From NCBI RefSeq assembly GCF_000143415.4, contig NW_003314286.1, positions 573,766 to 637,765 on the forward strand: 64,000 bases of DNA, written 5' to 3'. Positions 25,524 through 37,430 of the stretch are shown piece after piece. The position numbers and the translations under genes were made by a program. Positions within the stretch are counted from its first letter, which is position 1; every line of letters starts with the position of its first letter. The DNA is from Selaginella moellendorffii (lineage: Eukaryota; Plantae; Lycopodiophyta). Below the pieces are notes generated by a model that saw nothing but the letters and a program-made list of their open reading frames with translations, did no database searches and was not told where the DNA came from.

Positions 25524-25737
25524 GTCAGCACAGTGCATGCGTTGTCACATGGAAGATTGTGTACAAACAATCTTCAAGGAGATGAAGTTGCAGAGCAAGA
25601 AGACAGCAGGCTCTTGCTCACGGACAGTGAAGATCACATACAAGGGTCAATTACCAGACTTGGAAGTTATTGCACAGTTGGCTCGGAACATGGACTGGAA
25701 AATAGAGCAAGAACCTACCAAGTTTCGATTTGACTGA
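25480..25737 (+). other. Cys/His-containing domain in overlapping frame (possible HMA-like exon)
   Basis: DSPQSVLPTLAVTRKSAQCMRCHMEDCVQTIFKEM..TVKITYKGQLPDLEVIAQLARNMDWKIE, open in all three copies and preceded by CTAG. Confidence 0.35.
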
Positions 25738-25961
25738 GCTATCCTCTAGAGTGATGGGGGAGCAGACGTTAGTGCACCTCCAAAGGCCAGAGAAGTTGCT
25801 TGAGACGAAAGGTTTGAGAAAAGGTAACGTACTACTTTTGCTCTCTGTTCTTGCAGGCGCTCAAATCTCAATTTCGATGAGAAGAAGCAGTGCAGGGCAT
25901 AGCAGCCAGATAAGTTTCTCCAGAGTCAAGCCAGGAATCAAGCAAGTGCAATTGTGAATGT

Positions 25962-26570
25962 ATGGTCGAAGTCTACACTGCGGCTGACAACACAGGTTGT
26001 TCAACAGGATGGGACGAAGAACAGGATAGGTTGGTCTACCTCGCAAATTGTGAATACAAAGCCGATGCATTCGTCACAAGCAGCCTCGTGGACATGTGGA
26101 AGCATCAGAAGTGTTCAGGAGGACAAATAAACATGACGTTGGTTGCCTGGAACACGATCATCATGGGACAGCACGTCTTCTATCAGATGCAACGAGAAGC
26201 TGGCCTGCCTCCAAACACTGAGACTTTGCATGGAGTAGCAAAACATCGTTTCCTGGGATATGCTGAGAACAACCTTTGCTCTTGAGTGCTATGAGCAAGC
26301 CAGCAGCCAAACGCTCAGACTTTCATGGTGGCGCTCAAGGCACACAGCGACTTAGCAGAGAAGAGGCTCCACTCACAAATCTGGGAGAGAAATCTGGATG
26401 GAATCCACTACTCAGCATGCTTGCTCAATGAGAGAAAAGCTTATCTTGGGAGGTTGGTAAACTTTGCAAGGAAAGAGTGTGATGCATGGTTGATGGAGCT
26501 GTCCATGAAACCCAAACAAAGATGGCACCTGAAAAGACGCAAAAGGATCTTAGCTGGCACACCATGGTGA
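25962..26570 (+). pseudogene. Degenerate PPR fragment (copy 2)
   Basis: Same motifs as 11771-12334. Confidence 0.7.
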
Positions 26571-26829
26571 AGGATAAAAAATATGAGAGACAATACTTAT
26601 CTCTTCAGTAGTATCATTCATTGAGTATTTTAATTGATCAATGGTTATAAACATATTTATAATTTATAAGTCAAGATTAATATTATTCCATATCAATAGT
26701 AGAATAAACAAGAATATACTAGAAAGTGTTTAGGAAAGATTATAAATTATAAATAAAAAGATTAATCTAAATGAACAACAACTATTAGCTATTAAAATAT
26801 CCTAGAATCTATATTTGAATACGAGTACT

Positions 26830-27153
26830 TGCCCAGCAAATGCTGGGTGGTTTAGAAAGAGGTGGATGCGGGGAGAGTTTTCGACTGGATGGAGAGGCAC
26901 AATGTTGCCTCGTGGACAATGCTGATGCTCAGATACATCCAGGCAAAGCAAGCACCAGTTGCACTGGATCTCTTTTCGCAGATGCAGCAAGTCCAAGGCC
27001 TAGTACCTGACACTCCAACTTACACTGCTGTGCTCCAGGCCTGCAGGAGCTCCAAGGCTCTGGAGACTGGAAGTGCCATCCACCAGCAGATCTGTCATGC
27101 CAAGATGGAAGCTGAGGTGGTTGTCGTGAACTCTTTGCTGGGCTTCTACGGAC
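26830..27153 (+). pseudogene. PLS-class PPR fragment truncated by LTR element
   Basis: AGRVFDWMERHNVASWTML..PDTPTYTAVLQAC..VVVNSLLGFYG; the paralog at 36952 continues past this point. Confidence 0.85.
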
Positions 27154-30100
27154 AATGAGCACTTCGTTAGGAGTTCCACTCCCACTCTCGACTTTTTCAA
27201 GTCAGAGCTTTTTAGTCCAAACATGTTATGCTCGTTTGGTTTTCGCTTCGGCCACCACCACATGGCACCCTTCCGGCTCCACTTTGGGGCTTAGGGATTT
27301 TGTGTCTCACAACTCCACCACCCATAGACGAAGTTCGATGTCCTCATCGAACGATAAACCCTCTTATAAAGTAACACCCACATGTATTACCAGTTCCATC
27401 CTTGGCACCCAGCCAATATTTGTCTATGGTTTGACACCAAAGGCGCACCATGCCTTATCCATCCTCTAAGGAGCATAGTCTCTCCAATATAGAGATGCAT
27501 TTGACCACCTGGGGTGGTTTGCTCCCTTTTATTGGTTCAATTCTCGCTAAACTTGTTAGAGATTCCCTCTCTAACTCAATTCCACTACTCATTCTCGAGT
27601 AGTCTCAGATTCCATTGACATAACCTTGCACTTTGGAACTTTTAGTTTTGACTTCTCAGAGTCAATTTCTGACACCTTACGTTGCACATGGTGCAACTCC
27701 ACTTCCCTATCCTAGAAAGTTTTTTACTTGAGGATACCATCACCCTCTCTCCGATATCGTGCCACCTTTCACACTAAGTTTCAGTTATCATAATTGGTGC
27801 TAGGGCTGCCCATAGCCCTATTATTTGGCTACCTTACTACTCCCCCCTTTGGAGCATCCACTTCGCCAAATCGGAGCGGTTGGGAATCCACCCTTAGGGA
27901 AACTTTGCCTTTCCCACAATCCGTTAGCACCCAACACATTAGTGTTCTCGGCCTAACTTTGCCATTTGGATTCTTTCCCAGGATTCCCATGGCTCTTTTT
28001 TTAGCCACTAGTCTTTTGTTCCTATCTTTGATTGTTGCACCCAACAACATAGGATCGCTACCTCCATTTTCGAGGTTTCCTTTCAGTTCCATAGCAAACA
28101 CTTTGTTTTGCCAAGTCCAGAGGGTGTTCACCCCTAGTACGTCTCTTTAACATTTTCTGCTGTGGGCTCTATCCACGGCCCAACTTTTGAGATCCTTTCT
28201 TGGATCTCTTATAAAGACTACGTTCCTCGGACTTACTATGCCACAGCATTGACATAGCTCTTTTCCCTTAGGTGTTCTTCCCACTTGGTCACCTTGACCA
28301 AGCTACACCATTATCAATAGTTCAAATCAACACTTTGAACTAAGAATCATATTCCTTAACCCAAACAAAGACTTTGTCCTTGTTTAGCCACAAGATCACT
28401 TGGTGATCTCATCTTGACCCCTTAATAAGTCTACCCATAGGAACTAGGTCTTCTAGACCCCTCCATGATGTTGACTATGACCCCGGGGGCATCCCCCACA
28501 CTTGGCGGTGCGCCCAAGCCAGCCCTTCCGGCCAAGGATCCATAGCAACTGAGACTGGGTGTCCCCATCTCATTCACCATGTCCTTGGTGCCCTTTGCAC
28601 CAAAGTGTTCAAGTTAGATATGCCGAGCTTTCACTCTAAGCAATCTAGCCGTGCATCATGACTCTAAGGCATCCCTCGCTTAGCGGTGTGCCTAAACCAG
28701 TCTCCTCACTGAGAGTCCATGACCACCGAAAAATGAGTGTCCTCATATTCTAAACCATCATCACGCCCTAGTGATTTGGGACTCGAACCCAAGCACTAGA
28801 GGGTCGGGACTCGAACTCAACCTCCGTATATGCATCTACGAATGGCATCACACCGAATGCCTGGCGTGACTCCCCACGCCAGTGCACCAACTTATATTTA
28901 AAGCGCGCTACAGATCACAACTTAGGAACCTAGTTCCCCCGCACTACCAAGTCCTCTCGCTTGACAAGTCTGTGATTATGCATGGACTCCTCCATGCTCG
29001 GCCCCATAGCCCACCCTTTTTGAAGTTATCACCTTCAACTAGGGTATTTGTTCCCCCCGACTTGCCAATCTCGCTTGGCAAGTCTTCCGACCACTGTAAT
29101 ATGGTTCCTGCATAAGCGTGAAAGTTTTTGGCTATTGACTTTCGTTCAAAGCCCTACACTCGGGAACTACTTCCCTAACCTTGATAGCTTTGCCTCATGG
29201 CAAGCTTCGAGACCACGCTTCTGCTACGCCACTCTGATTTCGCGCGTTTCATGAATCATTTACACTTGGCCTTTCTAGGTACTAAGCTACCTAGAATCGT
29301 CTTTGGGAACCTTGAAGGAACTCTGTCCCTTAGCTTGCTAAGGCCTCCCTTTTCGCAAGCTTTATAGTTGCCATATAATCTAATATGGACAATTCCATAT
29401 TTTAGACTCTCCATAGCATCACGGTTGCTAGCAACAACATCCTCGAGCACCCTCTTGATTCTCCACTCCCAACTTGCATAACCACCGTTGGATATGCCCT
29501 TCGATTTTTATGGTTCAGTTCCATCCTAATACTATTTGCCTTTTGGCCCCATATGTTTCCTTTAGTTATTCTCCTCCAGACTAGGAGGATAGCTTTGCAC
29601 ATTTTACTATGCCTTAGCAAGTATTCTTAGGGATGAACTTACTCGATAGCCTAGGGAGTGGTTCCTCAATCTTGGGCATGCTCACCTTATAATCCCACAC
29701 ATTAGGATTAACGTTGCTACTTATGGGCCCTTACATACCCATCACTAGCCTTGCCAAAATTCCATTTTTGGCTTTGTCCAATTTGGGTAGATAGTTTTCT
29801 CCTGTCTCCACAACCTTGGACATTTGGATAGCACCTACTATCCATCATTCGCTAGGGACTTAGTCCCTTGGGCCTTATCTATTGCCCTTGCGACACTAAA
29901 CACCACCTCCTGGTGTTCTAGAGTGTTTGGGTGTCCTAATGATGGCTTCCTGACAATGAGCATTTACGACATTGACTTACTATATCGCAACATAAGCAAT
30001 TTATCCCCCGTAAGGGTATATCTAACTTCCTTATGCCATTAAAAAGTCTTGGGTAGTTACCTTCTACCCATTTAACCAATTATCTTGCACCTCTCGCAGT

Positions 30101-31616
30101 GTAGCTTTCTCGACGCTGACCTTGTGTTTGGCGCCCTGGCGGCGGGATACGTTTTCAGGGACCAAGGTTGAGAGGTATGAACTTCTAGAGAAGTAGACTT
30201 TGTAAGCTTTCGGTGTGATCTTTCCAGGTTCAGGGCTGTGCTTGGAGCATCGATGCCACACATTCACCATTGATCCCCCCAAACCCACCAGGCACATGGA
30301 GAACTTCGTCCACTTGAGCTGCCTGAGGATGGAATTGCCTGTTCGTGACAGGAATGGCTTGCTTAGTTGCCCCATAGTTGTTAAGTCCTACAACTCATTG
30401 CTTGGTGCTTCCACACCTCCATCATTATTTGGGTCACCACACTCCAACCGCATGCCTTCCAGCTTAGGCCATGCCATTCCCGCTTCCGCTGGGATTCCCT
30501 TGGCAAGGGGTTCTTATGAACCCACTATCATAACCTCCAGGTATCACACCTTGGCACATTTGGTGTCTCCACACCATCGGCCCCACGAGCCTACCCTTAT
30601 GACACTATTTATTAGTGTCTAGGTCTTTGCCAAGACTAATATAGTTGCTCCTCATGCTAACTATCCGTTAGCACCGCACCATAGTGTTTGCACCCAACTC
30701 TGGGCCAAAGTTGCTTTCTTCTGGGAACATCTTTCCCACAACTTTAATATGGCACATTCTGCCATCAATGAGATACCTACTATTCTTATACTTGGATCTT
30801 ATGATCCTCCCCATACCTCATGGGGCACCATACACCTCGGTCCAAATGCTCCAACCAATCCCTTAGGACCATTCCCTGACTCCGCTTGAGTCATCCAACA
30901 TTTTGGACTTTGCTAATCCAACAACCTGCGAGGTCTCAGTTTTAGAGGTGCCAACTCACTGGAATACAACTTCTTGTATTCATGTCTTACTCACAAAAAC
31001 AATCTTTGCAAGTGTTACTCTGACACTTGATGGTTTTCTTGGGGCTAACCTTTGCCCCTTAGGACTACTTGTCCATGTGATGAGAATAGCAACTCATCTT
31101 TAAATACACCCCCAACTCCTTGGGTTGTTCCAGCATTTATTAAAGGTAACCCCAGTTATCATTTCAAGGACTAGTGTCCTCTTCTGTATTTGACCTCCCA
31201 CGGTCAACAATTCCGGTCTCAAATTTATGAGTACCAGCCTCAACCATATAAAGGTAATCTTGTGACTCTTTTATTGTTTTGGAGTCTGCATCTTTCCTGT
31301 GATCCCAACTATAGTTGTTTACCACAACTACATTAGCTCGTTCGCTGCGTCAAATGTTCATCTGGATCACATCCTCAACTCTCTGAGGAAACCCTTATAC
31401 TGTTCCCAAGATCCCAAAGTCATTCCCTTATTGGCCCTCTTCCATCCACCACATCGTGCACAAGTTCACGCATGAACTTGAGTGGAGAGCCATGTCCTCT
31501 CGACATGCTACTCTTCAAGGATAGGTCCATATCTAGGACCTTCCAACTCCAATACAAGTGGTGATATATTTGGCCACCAATAAAAGTCGGACTAAGGAAC
31601 AGCTCCGATACCAAGT

Positions 31617-32984
31617 TGTAAGCGACTAATTTTTCCATTCTATTTTAGTCATTTAACCACACCTCCAACCACTTGGAAGAGTCTCACTCACAACCTCCAT
31701 AAGTCCTATTTCAGACTTGGGCTTGCTAGCCCCGAGAATGGCATCCCCGCCACTCAACCTTTGCACTTGATCCAAGTGCTCCACGTGTCCGATCCCATGA
31801 CCGACACCCCAAGGTACCACTGACATATCAGCCCGTTACACTAAGGCTATGCCCCTTTACCTTAGTCACACCGGTGGTCTAACACCACCTACATCACAGT
31901 CCTATCTCTCAAGGATTGAGCCATTCGTCCATGAGTGATCATTCCAGATCCACTCCTTAGCATCCTTAGGATGACCACAGACATGGGGAATAACCTTCCC
32001 CAATATCCCTTTTCCGGTCTTCACCAAGTCCCTTTCTGCCCATGGCCGTGTTCGCCAACACTGCCACTGGATCGAGGCTCACAGGCCCAACCACTAAGTC
32101 CCACGGTCCTCTGGGACTTCCTCACCACTCGACTGTATCCTTGGTCACTACACCAGAGGTCACTACACCTCAGTCTTGGCCTCGATCTCGGTTCCATCTC
32201 GGACTTCATCTTGAACTCCATCTCGGGTCCATCTCGGGTCCATCTCGGACTCCATCTCGGGTCCATCTCAGACTCCATCTCGGACTCCATCTCGGGTCCA
32301 TCTCGGACTCCATCTCAGACTCCATCTCGGGTCCATCTCGGACTCCATCTCGGACTCCATCTCGGGTCCATCTCGGACTCCATCTCGGACTCCATCTCGG
32401 GTCCATCTCGGACTCCATCTCGGACTCCATCTCGGACTCCATCTCGGGTCCATCTCGGACTCCATCTCGGGTCCATCTCGGACTCCATCTCGGAATCCAT
32501 CTCGGGTCCATCTCGGACTCCATCTCGGGTCCATCTCGGACTCCATCTCAGACTCCATCTCGGGTCCATCTCGGACTCCATCTCAGACTCCATCTCGGGT
32601 CCATCTCGAACTCCATCTCGGACTCCATCTCGGGTCCATCTCGGACTCCATCTCAGACTCCATCTCGGGTCCATCTCGAACTCCATCTCGGACTCCATCT
32701 CGGGTCCATCTCGGACTCCACTTCGGACCCCAACTCGGGTCCATCTCATACACTTCCACGTGTCATGTGTTGGTCCTTTTGGGTCCCTTTCTGGAGCCTC
32801 GCTTATTGCTCGCTTCGTGCTTGTTCCTCGAGCACTTCGTTAGGAGTTCCACTCCCACTCTCGACCTTTTCAAGTCGGAGCTTTTTAGTCCAAACATGTT
32901 ATGCTCGTTTGGTTTTCTCTTCGGCCACCACCACATGGCACCTTTTCGGCTCCACTTTGGGGCCTAGGGATTTTGTGTCTCACA
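31617..32984 (-). repeat. 5' LTR of family B copy 1
   Basis: TGTAAG..CTCACA on +; last ~155 bp match 27157-27311; homologous to 41900-43487. Confidence 0.9.
32190..32747. repeat. Minisatellite of 12-bp (GACTCCATCTCG) and 11-bp (GGTCCATCTCG) units inside the LTR
   Basis: Directly visible; roughly 45-50 units. Confidence 0.97.
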
Positions 32985-33897
32985 TTGACGTCTTGGTTGA
33001 GGATACACCACACTTTCACAAATGCTTATCATCCATAATCAGACAATTTGGTGGAATGTCTCATTTGGACGTTCAAAGGGATGATCGCAAAGTACGTAAA
33101 CTTTCAGTATTTGAATTAGGATGGTTATTTACTATCTCTTTGGTATGCATATGTTACAAGGGTGCAAAGTTCTATTGTTATTTCACCATATAAACTTTTA
33201 TGTGATCATAATCTAATATTACTAACAAGGCTGGGTTTACTTTTGCAATTGTCACAAGCTACCAATGCTAGGTTGTGGGATCAGTATTTGACGAGCATTC
33301 TTTCACTTGTTCGAGTAGAGTCTACCAAACACTTAAGCCGCGTACAAGTGGGACAACAATAGTGCTATAAGTCCCATTATCATCTGCCTACAGAATACAA
33401 AGTGGATGACATGGTATTAGTTTATTTTCCCCATCTTACAGTATGTAGTTTATTTAAAGAGCTCCTTGCTCAATAGAAAGGACCATATTGAGTGTTGTGG
33501 TAAGTTGGACCACAAATTTATGAGGTTTGGCATGATATCCAATAGGCTGATCCTCCAAAAATTATGCATGTGCAATAGTTGAAACACTTTGTATAAAAGG
33601 ATAAGAAACAGTTAATACCACTTACAGATCTGCCAATGCCTCCTCCTGACGTTCCTCCAGATTCTGGCCCATCTACAAAAGAACCCTAATGGTCTTCCAT
33701 TATTTCGAGAGGAGGGGATGATATGAGGTCCAAGTCCAAGTGTACAGTTACAATGTTGTATATTAATATTAGTATAGTGGGATTTTAGTAGCTGTCGGAT
33801 TAGTTTCAATCTGGACCACTTGCTCCTATATATATAGTGGGGTTTTTGGGCTAATGGATATTTTTTATATTTTCTTTCCATATTCCATACACTCACA
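32985..33897 (+). mobile_element. 3' fragment of family C Gypsy (integrase C-terminus, PPT, 3' LTR)
   Basis: HP*SDNLVE and KGPY..VGPQIYEV..HVQ*LK remnants; PPT GAGAGGAGGGGATGA; LTR 33721-33897 is the reverse complement of 23473-23635. Confidence 0.75.
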
Positions 33898-33949
33898 ATC
33901 TGAAATTTTAGAGGTTTTTATTTCTAATATAATTTAAAGAATAAATTCA

Positions 33950-35255
33950 CTATATTTAGTATTACTAAATATATAATTATTACTATAAAATCCTAATTTA
34001 TATATTAATATTTATTTATAAATATATAAAATTCAAATACAATACTAATAACTAGTTCTTTTCCAATGTCTTTGATTCCTCTAACCATGCATTTGTAATG
34101 TTAAGGAACATTAATTTCTTGAGAAAAGTGAGATTGTTATTATAGTTGTAAAGTGTTAATTTCAAATTTAAAGCCTATTTGAACAAAATCATAAAACTTC
34201 AAATTCATCAATTTCACCCAAATAACAAAATATATAGTTTATTTTTTTGTTTTTGGATAATTGACATTGCACAGACCATGTGTGCAGAACTTTCTTAGGA
34301 CATAACCATATGAATTGCTCACATTGTTCTGGAGGATTGCTATATTGTTTTCATCTACAAAAACAATCAGCTAGAGTGCATAAAGTTCATATAATAATTT
34401 GCTTACCACATAATATTCCTCCAATCCAAACAAAATATTTAACTGTAGAACTTGCTCTAGGTTGATATATAGCTCACTAAATCTTATGAATATTTTGTTC
34501 TTTGACTAAGAACTAGCTAAACTTTTAATTGCTCAAAAGTATTAGTCCTCTATGTTCTATAGTTACATACTCATGTTTGGGATAGTACAAGTTTCTTGAT
34601 TGCTTGGGCTTACTAACTCATTGTTTTCTTCTAAGACTTTTAAGGTTTTCAATTGGTTTTATTGTAAATTAAATTCCAATAGCATTTAAAGTTGATCCCA
34701 TCACTTTGTGAGGTTGTGACTAAGAGGTTGTGTCAATGTTATAGTAAATAAACATTCCACCAAATCTTTAATATTATATATATTTTATTACAACTTAGCC
34801 TTTTATATAAGAGTGCATAAAGATCTATTGTAAGATAGAGATGACCAAATCATTCTAGAAAGTTTTATATTAAAATATGCATTTAGAGCAACTATTTTTC
34901 AATAGTGGGTAGCAAGTATTTTAAAACTCATTTAATAAAGAAAGAGAATTAATAAAGAAATCAATGCTAGTAGTTCTTTATTGAGAAATAATTAAAGTCT
35001 TTAAATGTAGAAAACAACTAAACCACCATGTTAGCTAAGTCTATAGTTCTAAACTTGTATTCCCTATAAACATTACCTTCAACCCACTAAAATGTATAAA
35101 CTTGTATTACTTATTTAAATTTTCTAAAGTGTTTGTACTTTTTAAACTCTAGCACAAACTCTAGCACAATCAATTGTGCCTTTTATGGTATTCACCTTGA
35201 ATGCATTTCTCTATTCATTTAACTCTACTCTTGATAGAGAAGGCAACTCCTCTTT
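33950..35255 (-). repeat. AT-rich dispersed repeat family, inverted copy
   Basis: Reverse complement of ~7430-9100. Confidence 0.75.
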
Positions 35256-35257
35256 CA

Positions 35258-35860
35258 ATGGTCACCACCATGGAAGACGCCACAACCACCACCACCACCA
35301 CCACCATCGTCGCGACGGTCACAATGCAGCAGTGGCCACACCAACACCCACAGCAGTAGTTACAGTGGTTCGGAGGACGCCGTGGTCGCTGCTCCAGCTT
35401 CTTCTCTGGGTTTTGGTTGCAATCTTGGTGCTGCTCGCGTGCTTTTTGCTTGTGCGATGGATGTTATCTCGCAGGAAGCAGCGCAGTAATGTGATCTTTC
35501 AGGATCCCGGGTGGCAGATCGAAGTTGTGGTGGACGATCCTCTGACTGAGAAGAAACAGCTGGAAGCTCACACTCGTGGTTTGCACAGCAATGGCACTCT
35601 AGGATTCTCCTCAAAGTGTCCTGCCAACACTGGCAGTGACGCGTAAGTCAGCACAGTGCATGCGTTGTCACATGGAAGATTGTGTACAAACAATCTTCAA
35701 GGAGATGAAGTTGCAGAGCAAGAAGACAGCAGGCTCTTGCTCATGGACAGTGAAGATCACATACAAGGGTCAACTACCAGACTTGGAAGTTATTGCACAG
35801 CTGGCTCGGAACATGGACTGGAAAATAGAGCAAGAACCTACCAAGTTTCGATTTGACTGA
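35258..35860 (+). pseudogene. His-rich membrane protein, 5'-truncated copy 3
   Basis: GHHHGRRHNHHHHHHH..TM..; upstream part replaced by the inverted AT-rich repeat. Confidence 0.6.
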
Positions 35861-36084
35861 GCTATCCTCTAGAGTGACGGGGGAGCAGACGTTAGTGCAC
35901 CTCCAAAGGCCAGAGAAGTTGCTTGAGACGAAAGGTTTGAGAAAAGGTAACGTACTACTTTTGCTCTCTGTTCTTGCAGGCGCTCAAATCTCAATTTCGA
36001 TGAGAAGAAGCAGTGCAGGGCATAGCAGCCAGATAAGTTTCTCCAGAGTCAAGCCGGGAATCAAGCAAGTGCAATTGTGAAAGT

Positions 36085-36693
36085 ATGGTCGAAGTCTACA
36101 CTGCGGCTTGCAACACAGGTTGTTCAACAGGATGGGACGAAGAACAGGATAGGTTGGTCTACCTCGCAAATTGTGAATACAAAGCCGATGCATTCGTCAC
36201 AAGCAGCCTCGTGGACATGTGGAAGCATCAGAAGTGTTCAGGAGGACAAATAAACATGACGTTGGTTGCCTGGAACACGATCATCATGGGACAGCACGTC
36301 TTCTATCAGATGCAACGAGAAGCTGGCCTGCCTCCAAACACTGAGACTTTGCATGGAGTAGCAAAACATCGTTTCCTGGGATATGCTGAGAACAACCTTT
36401 GCTCTTGAGTGCTATGAGCAAGCCAGCAGCCAAACGCTCAGACTTTCATGGTGGCGCTCAAGGCACACAGCGACTTAGCAGAGAAGAGGCTCCACTCACA
36501 AATCTGGGAGAGAAATCTGGATGGAATCCACTACTCAGCATGCTTGCTCAATGAGAGAAAAGCTTATCTTGGGAGGTTGGTAAACTTTGCAAGGAAAGAG
36601 TGTGATGCATGGTTGATGGAGCTGTCCATGAAACCCAAACAAAGATGGCACCTGAAAAGACGCAAAAGGATCTTAGCTGGCACACCATGGTGA
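36085..36693 (+). pseudogene. Degenerate PPR fragment (copy 3)
   Basis: Same motifs as copies 1 and 2. Confidence 0.7.
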
Positions 36694-36951
36694 AGGATAA
36701 AAAATATGAGAGACAATACTTATCTCTTCAGTAGTATCATTCATTGAGTATTTTAATTGATCAATGGTTATAAACATATTTATAATTTATAAGTCAAGAT
36801 TAATATTATTCCATATCAATAGTAGAATAAACAAGAATATACTAGAAAGTGTTTAGGAAAGATTATAAATTATAAATAAAAAGAATAATCTAAATGAACA
36901 ACAACTATTAGCTATTAAAATATCCTAGAATCTATATTTGAATACGAGTAC

Positions 36952-37430
36952 TTGCCCAGCAAATGCTGGGTGGTTTACAAAGAGGTGGATGCGCGGAGAG
37001 TTTTCAACCAGATGGAGAGGCATGATGTTGTCTTGTGGACAACACTGATGCTCGGATACATCCAGGCAAAGCAAGCACCGGCTGTGTTGGATCTCTTCTC
37101 ACGGATGCAGCAAGTCCAAGGCCTAGTACCCGACACTCCAACTTACACTGCTGCGCTCCAGGCCTGTGGGAGCTCCAAGGCTCTGGAGACTGGAAGTGCC
37201 ATCCAGCAACAGATCTGTCATGCCAAGATGGAAGCTGAGGTGGTTGTCGTGAACTCTCTGTTGGGCTTCTACGGACGGTGTGGCTGCATGGCAGAAGCTT
37301 GTGAAGTTTTCAACTCAGCGCCCAGTGCGGGATGCGATGCTGTAACTTGGAACGCAATCATCTCCAGCTACTGCCACCAGGGAGATGTAGCCTCGGCTCT
37401 CAGGCTCTTTGAGCGGATGCTGGAGGATCA
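36952..37430 (+). pseudogene. PLS-class PPR protein fragment (~4 motifs)
   Basis: ARRVFNQMERHDVVLWTTLMLGY; PDTPTYTAALQACG; VVNSLLGFYGRCGCMAEACEVF; DAVTWNAIISSYCHQGD. No ATG start; the ORF then runs into unrelated sequence. Confidence 0.85.

Larger units (their letters stand above)
24185..27153 (+). repeat. Segmental duplication unit, copy 2
   Basis: Near-identical to copies 1 and 3; broken at 27153 by an LTR element. Confidence 0.95.
27157..32984 (-). mobile_element. Degenerate LTR retrotransposon (family B), copy 1
   Basis: 5' LTR 31617-32984; PBS TGGTATCGGAGC (31602-31613, minus); PPT TGGGTGGTGGAGT before truncated 3' LTR 27157-27311; decayed gag-like sequence near 31300-31450. No RT motif recognised. 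Confidence 0.85.
35258..37275 (+). repeat. Segmental duplication unit, copy 3 (5'-truncated)
   Basis: Begins inside the His tract; near-identical to copy 2. Confidence 0.95.

Noticed and set aside
32190-32747. CRISPR-like array
   Set aside because: No unique spacers, units only 11-12 bp, no cas genes, eukaryotic context.
31935-33193. Long ORFs (302 and 383 aa) with SISDSISGPSRTPSRVHLGLHL repeats
   Set aside because: Products of the stop-free minisatellite inside an LTR; several frames on both strands are open.
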